A DNA stretch of 64,000 nucleotides from Candidatus Geothermincolia bacterium. GTDB taxonomy: Bacteria; Actinomycetota; Geothermincolia; Fen-727; Anoxymicrobiaceae. The number at the start of each line of letters is the position of its first letter. Position 1 is the first letter of the stretch. A program made the translations under genes and the position numbers. Below the pieces are notes generated by a model. That model did no database searches. It was not told where the DNA came from and was given only the letters and a program-made list of their open reading frames with translations. Location: positions 7,236 to 71,235 of the forward strand of contig JBBQKJ010000010.1 of NCBI GenBank assembly GCA_038326775.1, in the 5' to 3' direction. Shown one piece after another: positions 1 to 9,271 of this stretch.

Positions 1-535
1 GCGATTGTCCCAAGGCGACCCACTGGCGCTTCCTCGAGCTCGACCAGACCTTGCTGGTAGGTCTTGAGAACCCTCGGGACCTTGGCGGCGTTCATCTCTC
101 CGTAGTAAGTGCCGTCGACCACCATTATCGGCCCCATGGCGCAGGCGCCCAGGCAGTTCACAGTCTCCACGGTGAAAAGCATGTCTTCTGTCGTGCCGCC
201 GGGCTCGACATCGAGGTAGCGACATGTCTCCTCGAGTAGGCCGGTTGAGTTCCTGACGTGACACGCCGTTCCCATGCATACGGTCACTACGTGCTCCCCT
301 TTGGGCGTCATTGAGAAAGACGTGTAGAACGTAGCTATCCCGTAAATATCGGTGACCGGGATGTCCATGAGCGCAGCGATGTCCCGAAGTGCCTGTTCGG
401 GCAGATAGCTGTACTCATTCTGCACCTCGTGCAGTATGAACGTCAGCCTGCTCCTGTCGGCGCCATGGCTCTTCACCAAGTTTTCCACGAAACTTGCCAT
501 GCTCTCGGTCTTTGTATCTGCCATTGTCCCTTCCT
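1..535 (-). CDS. NuoE/HoxE-like thioredoxin-fold [2Fe-2S] ferredoxin subunit (NADH dehydrogenase 24 kDa / hydrogenase-type); C-terminus runs off the window
   Basis: Minus-strand translation MADTKTESMASFVENLV...VTVCMGTACHVRNSTGLLEETCRYLDVE...VNCLGACAMGPIMVVDG shows the C-x4-C...C-x3-C pattern of NuoE-type [2Fe-2S] proteins. ATG at 533-535, preceded by GAGGAAGGGACA as RBS. Confidence 0.75.
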
Positions 536-538
536 CAT

Positions 539-575
539 AAAAAAAAGACGACTGTCGTCTTGACGACATCGTCTC
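539..575 (-). terminator. Hairpin GACGACAGUCGUC followed by U8 on the minus-strand RNA; candidate intrinsic terminator or attenuator directly abutting the RBS of the NuoE-like gene
   Basis: Plus strand 539-559 is AAAAAAAA GACGACTGTCGTC (a perfect 13-nt palindrome), followed by the near-repeat TTGACGACATCGTC at 560-573. On the minus RNA the stem precedes UUUUUUUU, which runs straight into GAGGAAGGGACAAUG. Confidence 0.35.
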
Positions 576-661
576 TGTCCGCACATCTTTGTGCGCCTAT
601 CGTCAGCAATAATATGCCAAGAGCCTGCCCAGGTCAAGGCATCGAAACAATCACTCAGGCG

Positions 662-1369
662 CTATTTCAGACCTACCTCGTGAGCGAGTATCACAGCCTC
701 CGCTATCTCACGAACCGGCCTCCTTGTATCCATTGACTTCCGGCGCATGGCCTGAAAAGCTTCAAAACCGCTTATGCCGCGCTCCTCCATGAGTACATCC
801 TTGGCGCGCTCGATGAGCTTTCGGGTCTCGAGCTCCTCTTCCATGAGCTTTGCCTGCATCAGGAGCTGGGTGTTCTCGATGGCCATCGCCGCCTGATTGG
901 CAACGGTCGCGAGAATCGTCTTCTCCTCTTCGCTGAACTCGTGCGGGAGCGATGTGTAACAGTTGATGACGCCCAGTATTCGTCCCTTTACGCTCATCGG
1001 CATACTGAGCAACGAGCAGAGGTTTTCCTTAACGGCCACTTCCTTGTTGACGTAAGCGGGGTCCTGCTTGACGTCAAAGACAATTATCGGCCTGTTTTCT
1101 TTAGCTGCTCGCCCGCTCACACCCTCACCGAGCCGCACCGGGGGTTTCTTGAGATAAAGCTCGCTAACCGCTTGCGTAGCCCTTATCTCCAACCAGCCGG
1201 AATCATTGTTCAGTAGCATTAACGAGCATATATTGGAACCCATCACTTTGGCGGTAACGACTACGATCAGCCGCAGGATATCGTCCAGATACGTATCTGA
1301 GGTAATCGCCTGGCTGATCTCCGAGAGCGCCTCGATTCTGCGGGCGCTTTTTCTTACCTTTTCTTCCAT
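662..1369 (-). CDS. GAF domain + ANTAR domain RNA-binding antitermination regulator
   Basis: MEEKVRKSARRIEALSEISQAITSD... (GAF), then the C-terminal ANTAR signature ...LETRKLIERAKDVLMEERGISGFEAFQAMRRKSMDTRRPVREIAEAVI. The start was chosen at the MEEKV Met to avoid overlap with the next gene. Confidence 0.8.
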   Translation of the reverse strand: MEEKVRKSARRIEALSEISQAITSDTYLDDILRLIVVVTAKVMGSNICSLMLLNNDSGWLEIRATQAVSELYLKKPPVRLGEGVSGRAAKENRPIIVFDVKQDPAYVNKEVAVKENLCSLLSMPMSVKGRILGVINCYTSLPHEFSEEEKTILATVANQAAMAIENTQLLMQAKLMEEELETRKLIERAKDVLMEERGISGFEAFQAMRRKSMDTRRPVREIAEAVILAHEVGLK

Positions 1370-1386
1370 ATTCCCCAGTAGTCTCC

Positions 1387-2202
1387 CTAATCGAACAGCC
1401 TCTCGTGGTTCCATTCGTCGAACCAGCGCATGGGGCCGTTCCAGTAACGGAACACGTAGCGCCACTGGTCTTGCCGAGCGACGGCAGTGTACCTGTTTCC
1501 CCGGCTCGAATAACAATACAGGCGCACGCTTTGATCTTTCATACTATCTATATATACCACGTCCGCGGTCTTCCCCGGAGCCACCCTGAAGTCGACCGAG
1601 TCGTCTATACGTTTAAGATCGGTATCTCGCATCCCCGTGTAGCTGTCACCGTGCTCGAAGTAGTAGATCCGCGCTGCCGCGGCACCATCCAGCAGCCTGC
1701 CGGCCGCGCGCAGTTCTGGCTTCACGAAAACAACCCCGAGCGGCACCAGGACCGCCGCCAGGATAACGGGAATCGCTATGCCTGCGATTCCAAGGATAAT
1801 GCCCGCCGTCGCCATGCCGGAGCCCTTGACCGCACCATTGCCGCGCCTGATCTCCCCCTTCGCGAATAACCCGAAAACAAACGCCAGTATCGACGCGAGA
1901 ATCGGGCATATGACCAAGCCGGCGACACCCAGTATCAGCGACGCGATCGAGAAGCCGCTGGTCTTGCCTCTGTGAGCACCAGGCTCCGGGGGTGAAGGTG
2001 GCAGCGGGGAACCCGGCTCGGCGGAAGTCGCGGCCCCGGTGACGACTGGCGCGCCCGGTTCCCCGGTGGCAGGAGACCCGGTATCGGCTTCCCCGGGCCG
2101 GGGGCGCTCCCCACCGGCGGAAGAGCCGGCGACCCTTATGCCGCACTCCGGGCAGAATACCTCTCCTTCGCCGGAACTTTTTCCGCACTTACTGCAGCGC
2201 AT
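1387..2202 (-). CDS. Membrane protein with N-terminal zinc ribbon (CxxC...CxxC), Pro-rich linker and DUF4190-like TM region
   Basis: MRCSKCGKSSGEGEVFCPECG..., then a PG/P-rich low-complexity stretch, then FSIASLILGVAGLVICPILASILAFVFGLFAKGEIRRG (typical DUF4190 pattern). Confidence 0.55.
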   Translation of the reverse strand: MRCSKCGKSSGEGEVFCPECGIRVAGSSAGGERPRPGEADTGSPATGEPGAPVVTGAATSAEPGSPLPPSPPEPGAHRGKTSGFSIASLILGVAGLVICPILASILAFVFGLFAKGEIRRGNGAVKGSGMATAGIILGIAGIAIPVILAAVLVPLGVVFVKPELRAAGRLLDGAAAARIYYFEHGDSYTGMRDTDLKRIDDSVDFRVAPGKTADVVYIDSMKDQSVRLYCYSSRGNRYTAVARQDQWRYVFRYWNGPMRWFDEWNHERLFD

Positions 2203-2286
2203 CTCTTACTCCTCCCACCGTAAATGCCTGTTTGCTATCGCCTTATGGAAACCCACTATCAAGCACAACGGGCCCTTTTTGAAACA

Positions 2287-3341
2287 TCAGAATCGCGCCA
2301 GGTGGTGCTCGCAGAGGCCAAACATCCCGTCAACCTGGATCCTCTGGCCGGCGGGGCCAGCCATCGTTCCATCGAATGTCCCGAATGGCTGATGGAAGTC
2401 GGACATTATCACGCCAAGTGATATCTTCCCCTGTCGCTCTCCCTGGGGGGTGAACTTCAGGTCCATCTCCCTGGCGGTGGTCGTAAGCTTCCAGGGTTCC
2501 ATCAGCGCGGACTCATCGTACAGAAAGCGCGCAGCGGGGAGCAGTGTTATCTCTCCGTCGACCCACGTGCAGTTTTCGTTGTAGTTCTCGTCGTCGGTTA
2601 TGAAGTTCTGGCAGGCGTTCATGCCGATCAGCCTTCCCGAAGCGTCATGCCCACCGAAAGTGGTCCACTTCCAGAACGTACGGTATGGGTAGTATGTCTT
2701 CTGCACATCCATGAGCGCGACGTCCTTCTCGGGGTCCAGCACTATCGTTTGCGCGCCCAGGGTCACTTTGCCCTCGACCGGGACCACCGCCTTGTGGGTG
2801 TAGAGCGGGCGGTTGGAAGAAACCGGGCTCACCTGTACGAGTGGCTTGTAACGCTCTATGTCCTCCAGCACGAATATCTCAGCCTGAACGGCAGGCTTTC
2901 CTCGCTTGCCCTTTATCTCGGCCCTCAGCCGGTGCATCCCGCTGTCCAGTCGGTTCTCGAACTCCATCGAGTAACCGAAGTGGCGGTAGTAGCACTCTCC
3001 GTGCCAGAGCTCGCGGGCGACCCGCAGCGGCCCGCCGACCGATGTGCGCTCATGCTCAAAGAACTCGCCTGTCTTGCGGTTGAAGGCGTAGAAGAACGAA
3101 GTCCCCATGAACTTCGCGTCAAAGATGACCATCCCGAAGTAGTAATCGCCGCAGATGATGCCGAAGTGTTCCCACTCTTTGAGCCTGTATTCCCTCAATG
3201 CGCGCGGGACCCGCCTGCCCCCGATTTTGAGCTCGACGTCGAGCAGGTTGACCTCCCGGAACGGCTCGGTGAAAGACCCGTACTCTGCAACCTGCCCGTC
3301 GACGACCATGCGCGGCGGCGTCTTCTTAAGCTCTCTCATCT
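2287..3341 (-). CDS. DUF2804-family protein (hypothetical)
   Basis: MRELKKTPPRMVVDGQVAEYGSF...WEHFGIICGDYYFGMVIFDAKFMGTSFFYAF... is recalled as DUF2804-like. GGAGG RBS lies before the ATG at 3341. Confidence 0.5.
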
Positions 3342-3454
3342 GTTCCCTCCAGGGCGGTGGCCTCGGCTTTCGCGCGACAGGTCGAACGCGCGAGACATTA
3401 CAATTGATATCATAAATGCGGAGGAGGTTCAGCGCCAGCGAAGCGGAACGTGCT

Positions 3455-5185
3455 TTATTGCCCAATGCGGGATATTGGCATCCGCCAGTCGCGCCCGAAG
3501 GCGCGAGGGGTTATCTTCACGCCCACCGGTGCCTGGCGCCTCTTGAACTCGTTGGCGTCGACCCTGCCTATCACCGATTGAACAAGTTCAGCCGGCGAAC
3601 CGCGCCTGACAATCTCACGCGGGCTCAGCGCCTCCTCGATGTAAGCCTCGAGCACCGGGTCCAGCTCTTCGTACGGCGGGAGGCTGTCGGTATCCAGCTG
3701 CCCCTCGCGAAGCTCAGCGGTCGGGGGCCGCTCTATCACGTGGCGGGGGATCACGTCTCGCCTTTCCCTGGAGTTTATGTACTCCGCGACCTCATATACC
3801 TGCGTCTTGAGCAGATCCTTGATAAGGGCGAAGCCCCCGGCCATATCCCCGTACAGCGTGCAATAGCCCATACTTAGCTCGCTCTTGTTGCCCGTCGCCA
3901 GCACGAGCCAGCCGAACCGGTTGGAGAAAGCCATCAACAGGTTACCCCTGACGCGGGCCTGGATGTTCTCGAACGTCTCACCTTCCTCGGCATTTCCCAC
4001 CTCATCTCTGAGAGTCTCGCGATATGCCGCGTATATGTCACCGATAGGTACGGAGAGGAGCTTCACCTCGAGGTTTCGGGCTAGTTCGCGCGCGGCCTCA
4101 GCGCTCTCACCTGATGTGTACTTCGAGGGCAGGAAAACACAGACTACGTTGTCGCTCCCGAGCGCTCCCACCGCCAGCGCCGCGGTCAGAGCCGAGTCGA
4201 TGCCCCCTGAGAGCCCCAGCACGACCTTGCGAAAACCGTTTTTGGCCACGTACTCCCGCAGGCCCAGCACGATAGCCTCGTATATTTCCTCGACAGGTGA
4301 CAGACCCCGGGGGCTCTCGGGCGCGGTTACCTCAGGCGGGCCGTCTACATTCGCTTCAGGGCGCTCGAGCGCACACACATCGATGACACGTGGGCGCTCT
4401 TTAGAGCCGTACCGGAACCGCGGCTCGAGCATCCTGGCACCCTTGAGTCCGCCCAGACTGATGCCGCAGAGCAGGAGATCCTCACTGAACCTGGGGGCCT
4501 CCGCGATGAACCCGAGCTGCGGGTGGTACACACATGAGCCTCCGTCGAAGACCAGCTCATCCTGAGCCCCGACGGTGTTTACGTAAGCAATGACGACGGG
4601 CCCGTCCATCGAGCGCGCTTCAATGAGCTTTTTGCGAAAGCCGAACTTGCCGCGGTTGAAGGGCGAGGCGGAGAGGTTGAGCACTATCTCGGCGCCGCCG
4701 CCCGCCACCTGCTCCTCCATGGGTCCTCCAGGGTACCAGATGTCCTCGCATATCGTTATGCCTACCCTGACTCCCGCGACGTCAAGGACAACGCTGCCCC
4801 TGCCCACGCCGAAGTACCTCTTTTCGTCGAAGACCCCGTAATTGGGCAGAAGTGCCTTGCGGTAAACGCACTGTATCTTATGGCGATTAATGACCGCCGC
4901 CGAGTTGAAAGTGTCATAGTCGCTCTCCACGAAGCCTACTACCGCGATTATGTCTTCGATTTGCTTCGCGAGCCCTCTCATTGCCGTCATGCTGCCCTCG
5001 GTGAACTCCGGTTTCAGCAGCAGGTCCTCCGGCGGATAGCCTGTGAGGCACAGTTCAGGAAACACGACTATGTCCGCGCCGGCCCTTGCCGCCCGTGCGG
5101 AATACTCGAGGATCTTCCTGGTGTTACTCTCAAGGTCACCAACGGCCGTGTTTACCTGCGCCAAGGCAATCAGAAGCTCGGTCAT
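3455..5185 (-). CDS. nadE: Glutamine-dependent NAD+ synthetase (N-terminal CN-hydrolase/nitrilase domain + NAD synthetase domain)
   Basis: MTELLIALAQVNTAVGDLESNTRKI...IVVFPELCLTGYPPEDL (nitrilase-type glutaminase) ... LGLSGGIDSAL (PP-loop SGGxDS); 576 aa. Confidence 0.9.
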   Translation of the reverse strand: MTELLIALAQVNTAVGDLESNTRKILEYSARAARAGADIVVFPELCLTGYPPEDLLLKPEFTEGSMTAMRGLAKQIEDIIAVVGFVESDYDTFNSAAVINRHKIQCVYRKALLPNYGVFDEKRYFGVGRGSVVLDVAGVRVGITICEDIWYPGGPMEEQVAGGGAEIVLNLSASPFNRGKFGFRKKLIEARSMDGPVVIAYVNTVGAQDELVFDGGSCVYHPQLGFIAEAPRFSEDLLLCGISLGGLKGARMLEPRFRYGSKERPRVIDVCALERPEANVDGPPEVTAPESPRGLSPVEEIYEAIVLGLREYVAKNGFRKVVLGLSGGIDSALTAALAVGALGSDNVVCVFLPSKYTSGESAEAARELARNLEVKLLSVPIGDIYAAYRETLRDEVGNAEEGETFENIQARVRGNLLMAFSNRFGWLVLATGNKSELSMGYCTLYGDMAGGFALIKDLLKTQVYEVAEYINSRERRDVIPRHVIERPPTAELREGQLDTDSLPPYEELDPVLEAYIEEALSPREIVRRGSPAELVQSVIGRVDANEFKRRQAPVGVKITPRAFGRDWRMPISRIGQ

Positions 5186-5218
5186 GTCTTTCTCCTGTAG
5201 ATCGTGAGCGGGGCTCGC

Positions 5219-5557
5219 TCAAATCGCCTTCATGCCGTGTTCACCGGTCCTTACCCTGATCGCTTCTTCTACTCTCGTCACGAAGATCTTGCCGTCTCCA
5301 ATACTCCCTGTGCGTGCCTTGCGCAGCACCGCATCGAGAGTCCTGTCAAGGTCCTCGTCCAGGACAACCACCTCTATCTTTACCTTGGGTATGAACGTGA
5401 CGGTGTACTCGTTGCCCCGCCACTGCTGTCTTATCCCCTTCTGTTTGCCGTGTCCGCGCACCTCGCTGACAGTAACACCTGGATAGCCAATCCCGGCAAG
5501 AGCCTCGAGCACCGCCTCCAGTCTGTCGGGTCTGATGATGGCCTCGACCTTGTTCAT
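5219..5557 (-). CDS. glnK: PII nitrogen regulatory protein (GlnK/GlnB family)
   Basis: MNKVEAIIRPDRLEAVLEALAGIGYPGVTVSEVRGHGKQKGI...GDGKIFVTRVEEAIRVRTGE is a classic PII sequence including the T-loop. It lies immediately downstream of amtB. Confidence 0.9.
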   Translation of the reverse strand: MNKVEAIIRPDRLEAVLEALAGIGYPGVTVSEVRGHGKQKGIRQQWRGNEYTVTFIPKVKIEVVVLDEDLDRTLDAVLRKARTGSIGDGKIFVTRVEEAIRVRTGEHGMKAI

Positions 5558-5585
5558 ATTCACCTCCTCCAAGCGACCTGGTCCT

Positions 5586-7103
5586 TCAGTCAAGCGCCAG
5601 TATCTCCGGTACGTCGTCTGTGTAAGCAGGCACTCCCATCTCGGTAACGTCGAGCCCGGCCAGCTCTTCTTCGGGGGAGACCCTTATCCCCATCACCTTG
5701 TCCTGCACCTTGAAAAAGACGTAGAAAATGGCGCACGCGAAGGCTATACAGGCTGCAGCTCCGATCAGCTGCGCGAAAAGCTGGCTCCAGTTACCGTAAA
5801 GTGCGCCGGTCACCGCGCCCCGCACGCCGTTCAACCCCGCGCCGTAAGTGCCGTCGGCGAATATCCCGAGCGCTATCACCCCCCAGAGCCCATTGACACC
5901 GTGCACCGCCACCGCCCCCACAGGGTCGTCGATCTTAAACCGCCTTTCCAAGGTGCAAACCGCGACACATACCAGCACCCCCGCGATAGCGCCGATGAGG
6001 GCGGCGGACCAACTGGGGACGAAGGCGCAAGGCGCGGTGATAGCGACCAACCCGGCCAGGCAGCCGTTAAGACTCATCGAAGGGTCGGGGTTCCCGGTCT
6101 TCTTCCACATGTAGAGCATGGCCGCCACCGCGCCGAAACACGATGCCAGAAGAGTATTTCCCGCTACTACAGCCAGGCGCAGGTCTTCGGCGTTAAGAGT
6201 ACTCGCGGCGTTAAAACCAAACCACCCGAATACAAGGAACATGCCGCCCACAATCGCCAGCGGTATATTGTGGCCGGGAATCGCCCGCGGCGTTCCGTCC
6301 TTCTTGAACTTCCCGAACCTCGGGCCGAGCACCAGGATTCCCATCAGGCCGGCCAAGCCGCCCATCGCGTGCACCACCGAGGAGCCGGCAAAGTCCACGA
6401 ACCCATTCCCCAGATGCGCCCTGGTCCCCAGCTGCGAAAGCCATCCGCCGCCCCAGACCCAGTTACCGAATATCGGGTAGGCGATCGCTCCCATGAAAAG
6501 GCCGTAGACGACGAACGCCGAGAATTTCCAGCGCTCGGCCAACGCGCCAGTCGGGATGGTTGCGGCGGTGTCCATGAAAACGACCTGGAAGAGGAAAAAG
6601 GCGAATATGCCAACATCGTAGGCCGGGCCGTTCAGGGCAAAGCCCTTCCAACCCAGCAGGCCCCACCCGCCAACAGAGAGCTCGCGAGTTAGAATCGGCT
6701 GCCCACCTAACATCTTGAGTGGCCCGATCCCACCGAACATGAGCGCGTATCCCACCAGATAAAAAGCCACGACCGCGATACCGAATATCATGAAGTTGGT
6801 CATCATGACGTGCAGGGCGTTCTTCTTCTGACAGAAGCCGGTCTCCACAAGCGCGAAGCCCGCCTGCATGAAGAACACCAGCGCCGCTCCAAGGAACAGC
6901 CACACGAAGGTAAGGCTGATCCTGGTGTGGCCGATCTCATCGAGCACCGCGTCGGTCGCCTGCCGCGCGGGCTTTGCGTCCCCTGGATTGTTGATGTCCA
7001 CCCTGGTGCCCGTATTCGCCCCATTCGGGTCTCCCGCTCGCGCCAGCGTCCCAACGCAGAATACCAGCCCCATCACTATGATCGATATAACCGCCGCCCG
7101 CAT
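5586..7103 (-). CDS. amtB: Ammonium transporter Amt family
   Basis: Multi-TM protein with Amt-family motifs (DFAGSSVVHAMGGLAGL..., GHNIPLAIVGGMFLVFGWFGFNA). Start chosen at MRAAVISII (GAAGGA RBS); the ORF could extend to 7178. Confidence 0.88.
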   Translation of the reverse strand: MRAAVISIIVMGLVFCVGTLARAGDPNGANTGTRVDINNPGDAKPARQATDAVLDEIGHTRISLTFVWLFLGAALVFFMQAGFALVETGFCQKKNALHVMMTNFMIFGIAVVAFYLVGYALMFGGIGPLKMLGGQPILTRELSVGGWGLLGWKGFALNGPAYDVGIFAFFLFQVVFMDTAATIPTGALAERWKFSAFVVYGLFMGAIAYPIFGNWVWGGGWLSQLGTRAHLGNGFVDFAGSSVVHAMGGLAGLMGILVLGPRFGKFKKDGTPRAIPGHNIPLAIVGGMFLVFGWFGFNAASTLNAEDLRLAVVAGNTLLASCFGAVAAMLYMWKKTGNPDPSMSLNGCLAGLVAITAPCAFVPSWSAALIGAIAGVLVCVAVCTLERRFKIDDPVGAVAVHGVNGLWGVIALGIFADGTYGAGLNGVRGAVTGALYGNWSQLFAQLIGAAACIAFACAIFYVFFKVQDKVMGIRVSPEEELAGLDVTEMGVPAYTDDVPEILALD

Positions 7104-7202
7104 CAGGCGAATCCTTCTCTCTCTCAGGTTCAGCGGTATCGCGCCTTCCCACATACCCGCCTCCATCGTCAAACTCATGTTTTTCCAGGATACCAGCGGG
7201 AT

Positions 7203-7229
7203 GTTTCGTGCCCGTTTCGGGTTTGTTAA
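7203..7229 (-). promoter_or_regulatory. 11-bp-phased box array TTAAC-n6-GAAAC-n6-GAAAC (read on minus strand) upstream of amtB; resembles actinobacterial GlnR boxes (gTnAc-n6-GaAAc)
   Basis: Plus strand has GTTTC at 7203-7207, GTTTC at 7214-7218 and GTTAA at 7225-7229, exactly 11 nt apart. An additional GTAAC lies at 7236-7240. Confidence 0.35.
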
Positions 7230-7329
7230 ATGCAGGTAACATCAGCGTTGTAATGAAAGGAAGGGTTTCAAAGCTTTCAAAGCGAAGTTGATCAAGCCCC
7301 TTCACCCGCGACGTGATGGCTGACCGGCG

Positions 7330-7404
7330 TGGTGGAGCTGGAGGGATTTGAACCCTCGACTTCCTCCCTGCCAAGGAGGCGCTCTCCCCCTGAGCTACAG
7401 CCCC
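7330..7404 (-). tRNA. tRNA-Ala (anticodon GGC), CCA encoded
   Basis: The reverse complement GGGGCUGUAGCUCAGGGGGAGAGCGCCUCCUUGGCAGGGAGGAAGUCGAGGGUUCAAAUCCCUCCAGCUCCACCA folds as a cloverleaf. It has a G3:U70 pair, an anticodon loop UUGGCAG and TΨC GGUUCAAAU. Confidence 0.9.
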
Positions 7405-7450
7405 GCGACTCACTCTCGAGTGAATATGATAGCGGTAACCGAAGGGCCTC

Positions 7451-7804
7451 TCAAGTGGCGGTCGTTTCGCGCCACTCGATGAGGGGGACCTGCCAGAGGT
7501 GCTCGAGGTCGTAGAACGAGCGGTCTTCCTCGAGGAAGATGTGGACCACGAAATCCAGGTAGTCGAGTATCAGCCAGCGCCCGCTCCTTTCGCCCTCCCT
7601 GCGATAGGGCTTCACGCCCTGCTCCCTCAGCCTTGACTCTACCTCGTCCTGGACGCGTTTGACCTGGCGGTCGTTATGCCCGCTTGCCACCACGAAAAAG
7701 TCGGTAATGCTCAACGACTTTCGCATGTCCATTATCCGGACATCTTCGGCCTTCCTGTCATCGGCCGCCCTGGCGGCCTCTATGGCCAGCTGCTCGGGCG
7801 TCAT
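7451..7804 (-). CDS. rsfS: Ribosomal silencing factor RsfS (Iojap/YbeB)
   Basis: ...ITDFFVVASGHNDRQVKRVQDEVESRLREQGVKP...RWLILDYLDFVVHIFLEEDRSFYDLEHLW matches the conserved RsfS core. Confidence 0.85.
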   Translation of the reverse strand: MTPEQLAIEAARAADDRKAEDVRIMDMRKSLSITDFFVVASGHNDRQVKRVQDEVESRLREQGVKPYRREGERSGRWLILDYLDFVVHIFLEEDRSFYDLEHLWQVPLIEWRETTAT

Positions 7805-7884
7805 CCGGCGCCATGCTCCACTGGAGTATCCGCCCCTGCCTCGGCCGCCCGTGCTCGGCTCTTACGCGAATTGGTGCAGGTCAT

Positions 7885-9183
7885 CTACTTTTGCGCGTAG
7901 TCCTTTCCCACGATTATGGTTATGTCGGATATATCCTGTGTCTTAGGCCTGAACTCGATCCGACCTATCTCCAGTTCTCTCTTGACCTGCTCGGCGGCAT
8001 CGGCAACACCCCGGTCGCTTTCGTAAATAAGTATCACGGTGTCTGGGTGATTGAAGTCAGCGGCGTTCGCGCTGTTGACCACCTGGAACTTCCTCATGTC
8101 CAGCTTCGAGGCAACGTCCTCGCCGATTCCCGGCACCCCGTTTCCGTTGAGTATCTCGACCTTGTAGCGCCTGGGCTCCTTCTTGCTCGATGAGGACTTC
8201 ACATACTTCCGAACGAAGGCGCCAAGAGCGTCCTGGTCAAGACGGTGAACCACTGTCTCCTCGAACTTGAACTCCTTCACCGGGATGATTCCCTGCTGGA
8301 ACTTGCCGCCACCCAGGCCGGCATAGGTCTTCCAGATACCGGCAAGCTCTTTATCGGACGCATCCGTGTCAAACAGGCTGGCGTTTTTAGCCACCAGTTT
8401 GTCGATATCGGCGAACATCTCATCCGACCTTTTCAGAAAGAGCGCAGCGAACTCAATATTCCTCCGGCAGAGCGCTATCTCCTGCCCCGGCGGGGCATAT
8501 GTCAGGTAGGACGCAAGCGTAGCAGGTGACAGGTTCTGCTTGCCGGCCTGCAGGTTTACCTCCACGTTCGTGCTCGGGTCCTTAAAAGAGGTCTTCGAGG
8601 GCACATCTATGCTCCAGTTGCTGCCCATCTGGTTAAGGATTATGCGTACGTCCCTGTCGGTAGACAAGACGTAGCGGTCTATCTCCAGCCCCATGAGGTT
8701 CTCTATGGTGATGAGGGTCATGCTGATGCGGCCCTCGTCAAGGTCCACCAGGTTATTGAGCTGGTCTAACCCAAGCCCCGGGACGTTGACCATCAGGTCG
8801 TTGGGGAAGTATATGAGGCTTCCGGAATCACTCTCGGAATCATAACTGGCGAGAAACGCCACGGTCATCACCGGAGCGCCGTTTATCTGCTTGGTCATCG
8901 CGAAGAGATAGTTGGCGGTCTTCTTCCCCTCGGGAAGCCACCTGGCAGCCGTCCCAGCTTGCTTATCCTTAAAAGGCCAGGCTGACTTTATCTTCCGGCC
9001 GGTCCAGGTCAGGCCGTCGTAGGTCTTGTCCCAGGCCTTGTCGAAAGGGTTCACCTTTACGACCGCTCCAAGCAACACGAAAAGGCCGATGACCACAACC
9101 AGCGCGATCACCCACCGCCACCATGTTTTCTTATCCTTGCGCTCGAGCCTCTTTTTGGTCCGATACCCTACGTTGTCCTGCAC
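7885..9183 (-). CDS. LytR-CpsA-Psr (LCP) family cell-envelope phosphotransferase with C-terminal LytR_C-like domain
   Basis: N-terminal TM anchor. Core FLASYDSESDSGSLIYFPNDLMVNVPGLG...IENLMGLEIDRYVL resembles the LCP catalytic domain. The C-terminus VEILNGNGVPGIGEDVASKL... looks like a LytR_C-type domain. GTG start with GGGAGG RBS. Confidence 0.65.
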   Translation of the reverse strand: MQDNVGYRTKKRLERKDKKTWWRWVIALVVVIGLFVLLGAVVKVNPFDKAWDKTYDGLTWTGRKIKSAWPFKDKQAGTAARWLPEGKKTANYLFAMTKQINGAPVMTVAFLASYDSESDSGSLIYFPNDLMVNVPGLGLDQLNNLVDLDEGRISMTLITIENLMGLEIDRYVLSTDRDVRIILNQMGSNWSIDVPSKTSFKDPSTNVEVNLQAGKQNLSPATLASYLTYAPPGQEIALCRRNIEFAALFLKRSDEMFADIDKLVAKNASLFDTDASDKELAGIWKTYAGLGGGKFQQGIIPVKEFKFEETVVHRLDQDALGAFVRKYVKSSSSKKEPRRYKVEILNGNGVPGIGEDVASKLDMRKFQVVNSANAADFNHPDTVILIYESDRGVADAAEQVKRELEIGRIEFRPKTQDISDITIIVGKDYAQK

Positions 9184-9271
9184 TTTCCTCCCCGTTGACT
9201 AAGTGCTCTCGCTCTTTTCACCTCTCCCATCAGTACTATTCATATATTTACGCCGAAAGCGCATTTCACCT

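Noticed and set aside
2647-3546. 299-aa plus-strand ORF overlapping the DUF2804 gene
   Set aside because: The Arg/Pro/His/Leu-rich composition is typical of antisense translation of a high-GC gene, and the opposite strand encodes a protein with coherent domain features.
5535-6692. 385-aa plus-strand ORF
   Set aside because: It is entirely antisense to the well-supported ammonium transporter gene and has low-complexity R/P/H-rich composition.
9228-9265. TTTACGCC…GGCGTAAA hairpin downstream of nadD as a terminator
   Set aside because: The 8-bp stem has a 20-nt loop and only an AU-rich (not U-run) tail on the minus strand. It is a possible weak terminator but not convincing enough to list.
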